A stretch of 61,842 bases of DNA, filler included. It is 7 parts of 7 records of this genome, joined end to end, with 100 filler letters (N's around TTAATTAATTAA, not from the genome) between each part and the next. Parts side by side here need not be neighbours in the genome. Positions count along the whole stretch, not along the records: positions 1 to 17,712 come from SRR31147125_10995; 6 more parts are not named here. One strand, written 5' to 3'. Positions within the stretch are counted from its first letter, which is position 1; each line of letters begins with the position of its first letter. Positions 1-11,366 of this stretch are shown one piece after another. Under the pieces are notes generated by a model that was given only the letters and a program-made list of their open reading frames with translations, did not search any database and was not told the origin of the DNA. A program made the translations under genes and the position numbers.

Positions 1-1
1 A

Positions 2-733
2 ACAAACATATCAGCCACTCATTCCTGTGCTGAAGAACCATTTGATGTTATTGAAAGACCGATCGATCGTGGCCCTGGCAGCCCGTGGGATAACACATGG
101 AATCCAACCCATCCGCATCAGCGATTTGTCGATGTCAGTGATGGGAAGGTTGGACTTGCCATTATCAATGATGGGCTACGGGAGTATGAGGTAACCGATG
201 ACCAAACCCGGACTATTGGTTTGACGCTTTTACGATCTTTTGAGATCGCATTGACCACAGTTGCCTGGAAATGGGAGCGGCATCCGGAAATGGAAATGTC
301 ACAGGGATTAGGTGAACACCAATTCCGTTATTTTATTTATCCGCATACCAGTGATTGGGATAATGGAAAGGTAACAAAACAAGCCGAACTGTTCAATCTG
401 CCTATGGAATTAGCACAGGCTGGATCGCATTCCGGCGATAATCCGCAGTCACAAAGCTTTTTCGAATTGGATCAGGATGATCTGGTTCTTTCATGTATTA
501 AAATGGCAGAGGATCGCGAGAGTTTGATACTTCGAGTAAATAATCCGACCCATCGGGATATCAAAGCCACGTTGTCTTGCTTTAAAAATCCGATCTCTGT
601 AAAATATACCAATTTAAATGAACAACCGATCGAAGATGAAACGCCGGAATTGGTTGAAAAAAATGTTCTTTTTAATGTAAATGCAAAAAAAATTGTAACA
701 CTTGAACTTTTATTCGGAAAGGAAAATCAGTAG
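2..733 (+). CDS. GH38 alpha-mannosidase-like protein, C-terminal part (5' truncated by window edge)
   Basis: The frame is open from position 2 (TNISATHSCAEEPFDVIERPIDR...). It is clearly paralogous to the C-terminus of the 4475-7269 GH38 protein (FDVIDRPIDR, NDG.REYE, AQAG, K..E.R..L..R..NPT). Confidence 0.85.
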   Translation, partial: TNISATHSCAEEPFDVIERPIDRGPGSPWDNTWNPTHPHQRFVDVSDGKVGLAIINDGLREYEVTDDQTRTIGLTLLRSFEIALTTVAWKWERHPEMEMSQGLGEHQFRYFIYPHTSDWDNGKVTKQAELFNLPMELAQAGSHSGDNPQSQSFFELDQDDLVLSCIKMAEDRESLILRVNNPTHRDIKATLSCFKNPISVKYTNLNEQPIEDETPELVEKNVLFNVNAKKIVTLELLFGKENQ

Positions 734-1570
734 ATGCAGTACGTACCAGGAACAGATATCAGAATTTATAACGAAAATATCGAGACAGGAAAAATAAAGC
801 ACGCAATTTTCGATTTTGATGGTACTATATCCATTTTGAGAGAGGGTTGGGAAAAAATTATGGAACCGGTGATGATTGAAAGCATCTGCGGTGATACAGA
901 ACCCACTCCGGATATTATTGATAAAGCCAGAAAATTTATCGATGAAACCACAGGTATTCAGACTATTTTGCAAATGGAAGGTCTGGTCGAAATGGTAAAA
1001 GAAAACGGCTTTGTTCCAGAAGACAAAATTCTGGATTCATGGGGATATAAAAAAGTATATAATGATCGCCTCATGGTACCTGTCAGGGAACGAATCAAGG
1101 AAATCGAGACAGGTGTTAAATCTATAAATGATTATACACTTAAAGGGGCTCTTGATTTTTGCAAAATGCTATATAACCGTAATGTAACTATGTATATGGC
1201 TAGTGGTACAGACAGAGTGGATGTCCGAAATGAGTCGGAAAAAGTAACAGCAGCGCAGTATTTTAAAGGTGGAATTTATGGTGCCATTGGAACAATTGAA
1301 GAATATTCCAAGGATAAGGTTATCAAAGAAATCCTCAAAGAGCATAATCTTCATGGTTCTGAACTGATTGTGCTGGGTGATGGGCCTGTTGAGATCCGTA
1401 ATGCCAAGTCTAACGGGGCTATTGCAATCGGTGTTGCATCTGACGAAGAAACAGGACACGGCTGGAATGAGGCCAAGATAGGCCGGCTTACAAATGCAGG
1501 ATGTGATATATTAATCCCTGATTTTTCCGAAGCTGAAGCGCTGTTAAAATATTTATTTAATGAGAAATAA
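734..1570 (+). CDS. HAD-superfamily hydrolase (probable sugar-phosphate phosphatase)
   Basis: HAD motif I IFDFDGTIS, motif II ASGT and motif IV LGDGPVEI. It directly abuts the upstream stop codon. Confidence 0.85.
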   Translation: MQYVPGTDIRIYNENIETGKIKHAIFDFDGTISILREGWEKIMEPVMIESICGDTEPTPDIIDKARKFIDETTGIQTILQMEGLVEMVKENGFVPEDKILDSWGYKKVYNDRLMVPVRERIKEIETGVKSINDYTLKGALDFCKMLYNRNVTMYMASGTDRVDVRNESEKVTAAQYFKGGIYGAIGTIEEYSKDKVIKEILKEHNLHGSELIVLGDGPVEIRNAKSNGAIAIGVASDEETGHGWNEAKIGRLTNAGCDILIPDFSEAEALLKYLFNEK

Positions 1571-1597
1571 TAGACAAATAAGAGAGTGGAGAAAAAG

Positions 1598-2182
1598 ATG
1601 CAAGAGTTTATTCAAGCTGCCTTAAAAGAAGCAGAATCTGCTGTAACAGGCTTGTTAAATGATAAAGAAACATTACAGGTTATTGAAAATGCCGCATCAG
1701 CTCTGGCAAATGCTTTTGATAATTCCGGACGAGCGTTTAGTTGTGGTAATGGTGGATCCATGTGTGATTCCATTCATTTTGCCGAGGAACTGACCGGACG
1801 ATTTCGTAAAAATCGCAAAGGGCTTCCGGCTGTCGCCATAAGCGATCCGGGATACATAACATGTGCAGCCAATGATTTTGGCTATGAATTTATATTTTCA
1901 CGATTTATTGAAAGCCATGGACAAAAAGGTGATGTCTTGTTTGCTCTAAGTACGTCGGGAAGTAGTAAAAATGTTCTGGCAGCTGTCAAAACGGCAAAAG
2001 AACTAGGAATGACCGTCATATCACTAACAGGTAAAAGGGATTCTGCTATCGGCTCCCTGGCTGATTTTGATATTTGTACACCGGCAGGAAAGTTTTGTGA
2101 TCGAATCCAGGAGCTCAATATTAAGGTCATTCACATTCTGATTGAACTTGTTGAGAGAAAACTCTTTCCTGAAAATTATTAG
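1598..2182 (+). CDS. gmhA: SIS-domain phosphoheptose (sedoheptulose-7-phosphate) isomerase-like protein
   Basis: CGNGGS..D..HFAEEL.GRF, ANDFGY, GDVL..LSTSG.S.NV and DRIQE..I..IH are the GmhA family motifs. GGAG RBS lies before ATG 1598; GTG 1586 is an alternative start. Confidence 0.85.
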   Translation: MQEFIQAALKEAESAVTGLLNDKETLQVIENAASALANAFDNSGRAFSCGNGGSMCDSIHFAEELTGRFRKNRKGLPAVAISDPGYITCAANDFGYEFIFSRFIESHGQKGDVLFALSTSGSSKNVLAAVKTAKELGMTVISLTGKRDSAIGSLADFDICTPAGKFCDRIQELNIKVIHILIELVERKLFPENY

Positions 2183-2288
2183 ACAGGTATTCATGACGTA
2201 ATATCCCTGAATGAGGATAAGAAATACGATACAAAAGTGAATATTTAGTTAACATGTCTGATCAAATTTATTTATATTAGGAGTTAAA

Positions 2289-3188
2289 ATGGATAACGAA
2301 CTACACAAAAAGTACAATGGAGTGATTACTCCTCTGTTGACGCCATTCAATGAAGATAAATCCATCGATTTCCCTGCATTTGAGGCACTCGTTAATTGGC
2401 AGTGTGATCAAAATGTAAATATTATGTTTCCAATGGGTGGATCCGGCGAATATAAAACCCTCAAGCTTGATGAACGGAAAGATATCATCAAATGTGTTGT
2501 GGATACAAATGCCAAACGCAAGATGGTCTTTACCGGTACGGGTGCCGCTTCACTGGCAGAAACGATTGAGCTTTCCCAGTTTGCCGAGAAAAATGGTGCT
2601 GATGGCATTGGTGTTGTTATACCGACCGATATTACGGATACAGAAGAAGCTATCTTTAATTATTATAAAGCTGTTAACGAGTCCATTTCGGTACCGTTTA
2701 TGGTTTATGATCCCAGAGGAGAAAAGGAGTATACAGCGACTCCGGCACTCATGCGCCGAATGGTTGACGAACTGAATAATCTGGTGGCGATTAAGTATCG
2801 TACTTTGAATGCAGAAAGCATGGGTTTAATGACCGGTGAAATTGGTGAGGATATTTGTGTCTTTTCCGGCTCAGAAACAGTCTATTTAACAGACCTGAGT
2901 CTTGGTGCTGTTGGCTGTGTAGGCGGTGGCGGTAATTTTTATCCCAATTTAATGTGGAAATTACAAGACACATTTGAAAGTGGTGATATTCCTGGTGCCC
3001 GTAAAATTCAACATGATATATTAAGAGCTATAAATGTATTAGGGCCTGTTTACTGGCCTTTATGCGGCAAAATCATTTTACAAGAATTGGGAGTGCCTTA
3101 TAAATTGGTCACCCGCGTAGAAGCTCGTCCTTTTACCGAAAACGATGTACAAAATATTAGAGAATATTATCGAAATTTATTGAAATAA
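2289..3188 (+). CDS. DapA/NanA (DHDPS/NAL) family class I aldolase, atypical active-site motifs
   Basis: GVITPLLTPF, GGSGE (in place of GTTGE), GADG, VYDP and AIKY (Schiff-base Lys position). AGGAG RBS. Confidence 0.8.
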   Translation: MDNELHKKYNGVITPLLTPFNEDKSIDFPAFEALVNWQCDQNVNIMFPMGGSGEYKTLKLDERKDIIKCVVDTNAKRKMVFTGTGAASLAETIELSQFAEKNGADGIGVVIPTDITDTEEAIFNYYKAVNESISVPFMVYDPRGEKEYTATPALMRRMVDELNNLVAIKYRTLNAESMGLMTGEIGEDICVFSGSETVYLTDLSLGAVGCVGGGGNFYPNLMWKLQDTFESGDIPGARKIQHDILRAINVLGPVYWPLCGKIILQELGVPYKLVTRVEARPFTENDVQNIREYYRNLLK

Positions 3189-3222
3189 AATTATAAGAAT
3201 ATTGCTGGAGGAAACGAGAACG

Positions 3223-4338
3223 ATGCCGTATCCGCAAATAAATCCGGAGGAGATGAAAGTTTATCCTTTGGAATCTCGAAAAAGTAAAAGTCGAATTGAG
3301 GACATTGCCATTGATCCGGAGGCAACCCCGCCTTCACTTTCACCAGAGCTTGAAAAGGCTGTGGATGAGCTTGCTCAACGTGTCATTAAAGCTAAAGAAA
3401 CGGGTGCGTCTGTTATGCTGGCTTATGGCGCTCATTTGATAAAAAATGGTGCCGCTCCACTCCTGGTCAGACTCATGGAAGAGGGGTGGTTGACTCACCT
3501 GGCAACCCAGGGCGCAGGCAGTATCCATGATTGGGAATTCTCTTATCTTGGTCGATCTGAGGAAGATGTTCGGAAAAATGCCCCACAGGGAATTTTTGGT
3601 ACCTGGGAGGAAACAGGTAAATATATCAATTTGGCCGTTCAGGTTGGTGCGATTCGTGGAATGGGATATGGAGAATCTGTTGGTGCTTTGATCCAGAATG
3701 AAGGTTTGGAAATCCCGTCGCAAACCGACCTGGAAACTGAGATTATCGATGGAGTGAAAAAAAATGACGCGTTTATAACCGCCAAGGTTGAACTTTTGGA
3801 AACGATTAAAAAATTCAACCTGAAATCCGGTCCTTTATCCCTTGCGCATAATTTTAAAAAATACTCAGTTCTTGGTAATGCTTTTCGATTAGGAATTCCC
3901 ATGACCATTCATCCGGGAATTGGCTATGATATTATTTATAACAATCCCTATGCCAATGGTGCTGCTCTTGGTCGTGGAGCTCATATTGACTTTAAAGTCT
4001 TTGTCAAATCAGTATCCAATTTGTCTCACGGTGTTTTCATGTCCGTCGGTTCCGCTATTATGGCACCGCAGGTATTTGAAAAGGCTTTCTCTTTTTCGAA
4101 TAACATTAAACTCCAAAAAGGTGACAAAATTGAGGATCATTATATGTTAATTGATGATCTGCAAGAATCTGTCTGGGATTGGACAAAAGGAGAGCCACCA
4201 AAAGAATCACCTGATTATTATTTACGATTTCTGAAATCATTTTATCGTATGGGAGGCACGATACGATATACATCACTTGATAACAGAGCATTACTGCATA
4301 ATTTGTATAAAAAATTAAAAGATATAGCAGGAAGATAA
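3223..4338 (+). CDS. Conserved hypothetical protein, possible deoxyhypusine-synthase-like fold
   Basis: Long ORF with GGAGG RBS. Motifs YGAHLIKNG, HLATQGAGSIHD and SVGSAIMAPQVFEKA loosely resemble DHS-like proteins (inference). Confidence 0.6.
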   Translation: MPYPQINPEEMKVYPLESRKSKSRIEDIAIDPEATPPSLSPELEKAVDELAQRVIKAKETGASVMLAYGAHLIKNGAAPLLVRLMEEGWLTHLATQGAGSIHDWEFSYLGRSEEDVRKNAPQGIFGTWEETGKYINLAVQVGAIRGMGYGESVGALIQNEGLEIPSQTDLETEIIDGVKKNDAFITAKVELLETIKKFNLKSGPLSLAHNFKKYSVLGNAFRLGIPMTIHPGIGYDIIYNNPYANGAALGRGAHIDFKVFVKSVSNLSHGVFMSVGSAIMAPQVFEKAFSFSNNIKLQKGDKIEDHYMLIDDLQESVWDWTKGEPPKESPDYYLRFLKSFYRMGGTIRYTSLDNRALLHNLYKKLKDIAGR

Positions 4339-4474
4339 AAGAATCAACTATGTTTATTTTTGGTATAGGAGGTTTTGCAATTATATTATTTAAGCAATTA
4401 TAAACTGTAAGATTGATTCCATAAATTGTTGTGAATTTTAAAAGTTGCTTTTTCTTACGTGAAAGGAGACGTTT

Positions 4475-7269
4475 GTGAACAACCAAAGCAATGAGAAAAA
4501 AATTATAAATTACATATTATTTCCAATACACACTGGGATCGTGAGTGGGTTTATCCCTTCCAGGAAACAAGATTACTCTTGTTGGATTTTATGGATAATC
4601 TTTTAGATATGCTTGATAGAGATACCGAGTTTCACTCTTTTTTAATGGATTCCCAGACTCTGTGTGTGGAAGATTATTTGGATTTACGTCCTGAAAGAGA
4701 AGAACAGGTTAAGAAGCATGTTCAGTCCGGCAGACTTATTGTCGGTCCCTGGTACTCTTTACCAGAAGAATATATCGTCAATGGTGAATCTCTGGTGCGT
4801 AATCTGGTCGTTGGGCACCGTTTGGCCAAAAAATGGGGTAAAGTAAGTAAAATAGGTTATACTCCATTTTCATACGGACAAACATCACAGATGCCACAAA
4901 TTTATCGCGGATTTGATATTGATACGATTATCTTTTATCGCGGCATCAATACCCCAAAATCTGAATATGTTTTGGAAGGACCGGATGGATCTCGAGTGAC
5001 AGGGTGCCGTTTTGGAGCTTTATCACGTTTTAGTTACTATTTTTATGTATACCGTATGGTAAGATATGGCATGAGCCGTGATGAATGGTGGTATGACTGG
5101 GATCGTGGTGCCTTGCCATTCCGCTTGTGTAATGAACATCATCCGGATGCCCATTATTATACATTGGATCCAAAAGATAAACAATGGAACAAAGATGTCC
5201 TGCCAAAGCAATTGAAAAAATTGGTTGATGATGAAAGTGAACATTTTAGCACATCTCATATTGCTTGTATGCAGGGTTTTGACTCGTCCTCACCGGATTC
5301 ACGTGAACGGGATTTAGTAGAAGCCAGCAAACCTATTTTAAAAGAGATGGGTCATGAAATATATCTGGATTCTCTGGAAAATTTCATGCGCGATATGATG
5401 GAGGAAGTAGAGAATCCTACTGTTCTTAAAGGTGAGAGCCGAAATCCGGGAGCAACCGGAAAGTGGACAAATCTAATGGGTGATGTCATTTCCAGCCGGT
5501 CCCGTCTCAAACGAAGAAACGCTCAAACCGAGACAATCCTGCAACGATGGGCTGAACCTTTTTCCGCCCTTGGATGGGTTGCTGGTGGACAATATATGAA
5601 ATCAGCGATCGATTTGGCCTGGCGTTATTTGTTACAAAATCATCCACACGACACGATTTGTGGCGCCGGAATTGATCAGATGGAAAAAGACATGTATTAT
5701 CGATTCGATCAGGCGACCATTATTTCAAAAGGTGTTATGCGTCGTGGTATGGCCGCAATTCAGAAGCGAATTGACAACACTGATATCGATATCCACGATT
5801 CCGTCGTGACCGTTTTTAATCCCTGTCCATATCCTCGAACAGAAGTTATGACCTTGTTACTGGACTTGCCAGCTAATTGCGAATACGAAGGATTTTCTAT
5901 TCGCGATATGGAAGGCAATGTCATCCCACATGCTGAAACAAAACGGGAACCTTTTGGTACTTTGGTTCGAAATCTGCAGGACATATCCCTGCAGCAGCGT
6001 TCTGATCGAATTACCCTTCATGCTGAATTAGAAAATATTCCGGCATATGGATATAAAACCTATCATATCCGGCATGAAGATAAAGACCTGGAAAAACTGA
6101 CAGTGGGTCTCGGTGATGCTAAAGACGAAGCGATACTTGAAAATGACTATTTAAAAGTCAATATTAATCCGGATGGTAGCTTGAATATGTTAGATAAAGG
6201 GACTGGACGGAATTACGAAAATCAGCATTATTTTGAAGAACAAGGTGAAAGTGGCCACCCGTGGATTCACATGACTCCTGAAGAGGATGAAATAATCACG
6301 ACCCTGGGTAAGGATGCGACTATTGAACATGTAGAAACAAGTCCTCTTTTAACCAGATATAAAGTTACGATTATTATGTCTGTGCCCGAAGGTATGGAAG
6401 GTGAAGAAGGAAATTATCGTCGAACTAAAGCCCGAAAAGATATGACGATCGAATCGATTTTGACCTTACGTAAAGGACAACGCTGGTTGGACGTTGAAAC
6501 AAAATTTGAAAACAACGTTGAGCAGCATCGGGTTCGAGCATGTTTCCCGACCAAATTAAAGGCAGATGTCTCGGCAGCCGAAGCATCCTTTGATGTGATT
6601 GATAGACCTATTGATAGAACTCCGGATAGTTTGTATTATGATAAACCAAATCCACAATATCCCATGCATCGATTTGTGGACATCAGTGACGGAACGAATG
6701 GTTTGGCCTTTATAAACGATGGTATCCGTGAATTTGAGGCTGTGGATAATGAAGAGCGTACACTTTGTATTACACTTGTTCGGGGATTTACAGCCATGCA
6801 ATCACCGGTTATTGATCAATGGGATGTTTATCCATGGATGAAGATGGCGCAATCTCCTGGGATACATGAATATAGATATGCTATTATGCCACATGCTGGA
6901 AATTGGGAAGAAGGCGACGTCTATCGTGAGGCCGACAAGTTTAATCTACCGTTGGAAACAGCGCAGGCCGGTAAAGGTGGGGGTGATTTACCTAAACAAG
7001 CCAGCTTTATTGAGATCGAACCAAAAGAAATTGTCGTCAGTGCTCTGAAAAAATGTGAGATTCGCGATACCCTGGTCATGAGACTTTACAATCCGACAAT
7101 GAAGGAAGTGGCCGGAAGCATCACGTTTTTTAATCCTGTCACAGAAGCATGGTTAACCAACATGGATGAAGAGCGTCGGGAGATCTTGCCAGTTGTGGAT
7201 AAAAGTATTGCCGTTCATTTTGGGCCTAAAAAGATTCAGACTATTGAAGTTGCACTAAAAAATGACTAA
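4475..7269 (+). CDS. GH38 alpha-mannosidase-like glycoside hydrolase (apparent frameshift in A7 run 4496-4502)
   Basis: The main frame from 4501 reads NYKLHIISNTHWDREW (GH38 Zn-binding HxD motif), then GPWY, GESLVRNL and QNHPHDTICG. That frame has TGA at 4492 and no start before the motif, while AGGAG plus GTG 4475 lies in the adjacent frame. Confidence 0.85.
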
Positions 7270-7341
7270 TAAATCAGTGCTTTAGCTTTTTATGTTATTT
7301 TAAGCGCCTTATTAACACATGAAATGGAATGAATTGATGAT

Positions 7342-7384
7342 AATGAATGACCTGTCTTTTTTGACAGGTCATTCATTGTTTTGA
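7342..7384 (+). terminator. Rho-independent terminator-like hairpin
   Basis: Perfect 15-bp stem AATGAATGACCTGTC / GACAGGTCATTCATT with a T6 loop and a following GTTTT, downstream of the GH38 gene. Confidence 0.7.
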
Positions 7385-7540
7385 GAAAAAGGCCGAGTTT
7401 TTTATTTGCCTGATGAGTAAATTAGGTAAAATATTTGGATGTGACGATTTTTTTTATGAAAAAAAGTAATTATATTAAAAGTATATGAAATGTTAAGAAA
7501 ATGTTTTTTTATTATTAATTAGAGTGAAAGGTGAAGAAGA

Positions 7541-8443
7541 ATGAAATTTACACATTCGGATTTGACGGGTATTGTTGTCCCAATGATTACACCTTTCAAT
7601 CACGATGAACATGTTGACGAACTCGCCCTTCGAAAAATTATTCGTCATTTAATGGCAGGTGGCGTTCATGGTATTTTTATAAATTCCACTACAGGCGAGG
7701 CTGTTTGTTTGTTGGAAAGTCAACAGAAAAGAGCGTTGACCATCCTGGTTGAAGAAGTAAAAGAGGAAATTCCAATCTATGCTGGCATTAGCGATAATAG
7801 CACAAAAAGAGTCCTTGAGAATATCCACGTCGCTCAAGATAACGGCGCAGATATCCTGGTGGTTCATCCACCGTATTATTATCCCCCTAACTCACAAGAT
7901 GAATTATTTGAATATTATAAATTTATAGCTGAAAATTCTGATTTGCCGGTCATGCTTTATAATATTCCATCTACAACGAAAGCGTTTTTGAATATTGAAA
8001 CTGTCAAAAAACTGATGATGCTGGACAATATTGTCGGTATTAAAGATAGTTCTGTCGATTTTTGCTATTTGATGAATCTTATTGAATTAAAACGTATCCG
8101 ACCTGAATTTCGCATTTTTATCGGCAAATCGCATATGTGGGCAAGTGGTATTCTTTCCGGTGCGGATGGTGGATTGGATGGTATTTCAAATCTCATACCC
8201 GGACATTGTGTCAGGCTTTATGACGCAATTAAATCCAATTCTCCTGATACATTTGAAAAACAAAGAGAAATTAATGAAATTTGGCGAATCTATGAATGCC
8301 AATCCTTCTTGGGCGGTCTCAAAACGGCTATGAGTTTACTCGGGCTTTGTTCATCCCGAACCGCTCACCCAATTATGCCAGCTACTGAAAAAGAACGTGA
8401 GAATATTGAAAAGATCTTGAGAACTTTTGGTTTATTGACCTGA
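7541..8443 (+). CDS. DapA/NanA (DHDPS/NAL) family class I aldolase
   Basis: Canonical motifs PMITPF, STTGE, PPYYY, LYNIP and VGIKDSS. Confidence 0.9.
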   Translation: MKFTHSDLTGIVVPMITPFNHDEHVDELALRKIIRHLMAGGVHGIFINSTTGEAVCLLESQQKRALTILVEEVKEEIPIYAGISDNSTKRVLENIHVAQDNGADILVVHPPYYYPPNSQDELFEYYKFIAENSDLPVMLYNIPSTTKAFLNIETVKKLMMLDNIVGIKDSSVDFCYLMNLIELKRIRPEFRIFIGKSHMWASGILSGADGGLDGISNLIPGHCVRLYDAIKSNSPDTFEKQREINEIWRIYECQSFLGGLKTAMSLLGLCSSRTAHPIMPATEKERENIEKILRTFGLLT

Positions 8444-8545
8444 AAAACAAGATTCATCAAGAAAGTGATGTTCGATATACACGTGCAGAAACGAATTCTA
8501 TTTCAATTCAAAAATCATTTTCTGAGGAATTTAATTATATAGCGT

Positions 8546-8592
8546 TTTGTGATACAACATTGTTTGTTCATCTTTAAATGTTGTATCACAAA
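8546..8592. promoter_or_regulatory. 16-bp perfect inverted repeat; each arm contains TTGT-N3-ACAA (possible GntR/FadR-type operators or a hairpin)
   Basis: TTTGTGATACAACATT-15nt-AATGTTGTATCACAAA lies between the aldolase gene and the secreted hydrolase genes. Confidence 0.5.
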
Positions 8593-8784
8593 GGTGATAT
8601 TGTTATGGATTTTTAGTCAACCGGTTTATGTGTGTTAGTTTAGTTGTTTTCAGTAGCCACTTTTTTTTCAGATGTGCTGCACTTGTTTTATTTGTGACTT
8701 TTTTTCCTGAAACTGACTTTATACCTCTGCTTAAAATCTTCTGTTTTTTGTTTCGAATCACTATTTTAAAAGGATTTGTTGATT

Positions 8785-11246
8785 ATGAAAAAAAACACAT
8801 CTCTAGTCTTTTTAATGACAACAATAGTAATGTTTTGCCTGGTAATTTTAAATAATCCGGTTGCGGCCCAAACGACCGAATCGTGGCAGATCATTGTTAC
8901 AAAGACACTCATGCAGGATGAGGCAATTAAAGTGGCTTTGGAAGATCTGAAAGCAACGGGGGAAAAGTACGGCCTGCTTTTTAAGGTTTTGAACAAGAGT
9001 CAAAAAAAGTTCAGAATTCCATTTATGTTGGAAGCCCGGATAAAAATCCGAAACTTGCCGAGCTTTTAAAAAAGGGTGATATTACCTTAACCGGTGTTGA
9101 TAATCCCCAGGGTTATGAAATTTTCACGTTTACGCTGAATGGTCGAAAAACAGTCGTCGTCTCAGGTGGTTCTGTTTTGGGTAATGTGTATGGCTTATAT
9201 TGGCTATGGGATCGGATACAGGTTTTCAAAACCGTTCCTGAAATAAATGTGAAACGCATACCTGAATTGAAAATTCGTTTTACGTCAGCCAGCACAAAGG
9301 AAGATCTGAAACAAGCTCTCCGTTATGGTGCTACATGGGTATGGGGTGGACCCTCTGTGAACGATCTTGTACCCTGGAATGTAGAACCGGAAAAAACAAC
9401 CAATGAAAAAAACCGGGAAAAGACCCGGGAATTGATCAACTATGCTCATTCCTTACATTTAAAATTTATTGTTTATGAAGATGAGTTTAGTTATCATCCT
9501 TCTTTACTGCAGGAATTTGGTGCACGTCCAACTCCGTCTGATCCTGCTTTTTGGGATGCCGTACAAGCCAAATATCGACGGCTTTTAAAAATAATGCCTG
9601 AGATTGATGGAGTGAGAATGAGGACAGGCGAAGCAACACGAATTCGCGGTAATTATAAGCCATTAGATGTTATGCACGCAGGTGAAGGATGTGATTGGAG
9701 CCTTGAAAAAAGATATCGAACCTTTGTAAAAAAGATATATAATGTTGTTGTAGGCGAGTTTGACAAGATATATTATCAAAGGACCTGGGTCACAAGCGCC
9801 CATGAACAGCATTCCCAGGCAATGGTTTATAAAAAAATATTTACAGATGATATCCCGGTAAAAAATTTGTACATGTCTCCATACCTGAGTACAACGGATC
9901 GCTATTTTCATCAACCCTATAATCCCACATTTAACCTGACTCCACATAATATGATCCTTCTATTAGCGACGCTGGATTATCATAGTCATGCAGGTGTGAA
10001 TACTTTTCCGACTTTTCCGGGGCAATATTATCAGGCGGGCATGCAAACGATTTTATCATCCGAGTCTAGTAATTTAAAGGGTATCGATTTTGGTGTCCCC
10101 GGACGGACAGGCTGGAATACCAGAGATGTAACCGGCTATACTTCCATGAGATTGGCCTGGGATCACCAGGAAAATATCAAAGATATCGCCCGGGATTTTG
10201 CTGCAATACATTTTGGCCAGGCTGCGGCCGAGCAGATGGCTGAGCTGTACCTGTTGTCCCCAAATGCTTACAAATACGGTGTTTATATAGAACCTGTCGC
10301 TTATGGAGATTTCAGATCATTACCGCATCTGAGACTGACCACCTTCCCGGCAAAAGGATTTCCACGCCTGGATAATGGAAAAGCACACCTGGATTTTCTT
10401 TATAAACTATATCTGCGATGTAAGCCCTGGAAGAAGGAAACACTCCTTTATCTGGATTACGGTCTTGATGTCGCCAGTTCAATGGTTAACAAATATCAAA
10501 CTGTTAAATCGCTTATTGAGGACGAAAATCTTCGTCAGGAAGTGGAAAATGCCGTTCAACTTACCTACATGCTCATTAAAACCAATAATCTTTATGTAAA
10601 GACTTTTATCTCCTACTTTGATTATCGCCAGGAACCAACCGTTGAAAATAAGAATAATCTATCAGATTTATCAACTCAACTTAAAAGCTCAATGCAACAG
10701 TTTCTTGACACCCCGGGCTGCGTTTATAAACTCGCAGGTATGGAACAACTGATCAAAAATGTCGATCAGGTCCTGGATGATCTGGCACATGCTGAAGATA
10801 TGTTGGCCAAAGCGCCGGGTGCAAAGGACATTGATCAGATTATTGCTGATCAACAGAAAGAATATGACCGTTTATTAAAAGAACACTCTAAAGATGCGGT
10901 GAAATATCTGCATTGGGAAGCCAAAGTTGATGGACGGGACTTGATTAAAACCAAAGGTGATAAATTGGAGGTTGAGCATCTTCGTTATGATCAAATTACA
11001 TCCATGTCCTACACCTTTAAATGTCCATTGCCCAAAAAACCAGTAACAGTTCTCATAAAGGATATTCAATCCAGATCTTTTCGACCCTTTGTGCTCGAAC
11101 AACCATCCGAAAAAAATGATTATACCGCGACTTTTTATTTAAGTGATTCTCCTTGTCATGGATATAGCTGGTGGAAATTTGATCTTTATTATATTCCAAA
11201 AACACCAAAAGAATTGGGATTGATTACACCCTGGAATAATGAATAG
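8785..11246 (+). CDS. Secreted glycoside-hydrolase-like protein (GH20/GH67-type N-terminal domain plus unassigned catalytic domain); apparent frameshift at A7 9002-9008
   Basis: Signal-peptide ORF 8785-9069 continues in the next frame as VQNSIYVGSP...QGYEIF...GGS..G.VYGLYW. It is colinear with the paralog at 12525-15000. Confidence 0.7.
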
Positions 11247-11366
11247 ATCGTGTGCTTGATAAAAGTATGTAAAGAAATGATAGTCTGTTCTGATTTTACT
11301 TTTCTATAGTTATTGGATTATTTAAACAAACCGATATAGTAAGTGAATTAAAATGGAGGTGTCCTC

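Noticed and set aside
7541-8443. Assigning dapA (lysine biosynthesis)
   Set aside because: The sugar-catabolic context and the presence of two family members favour catabolic aldolases; substrate cannot be read from the sequence.
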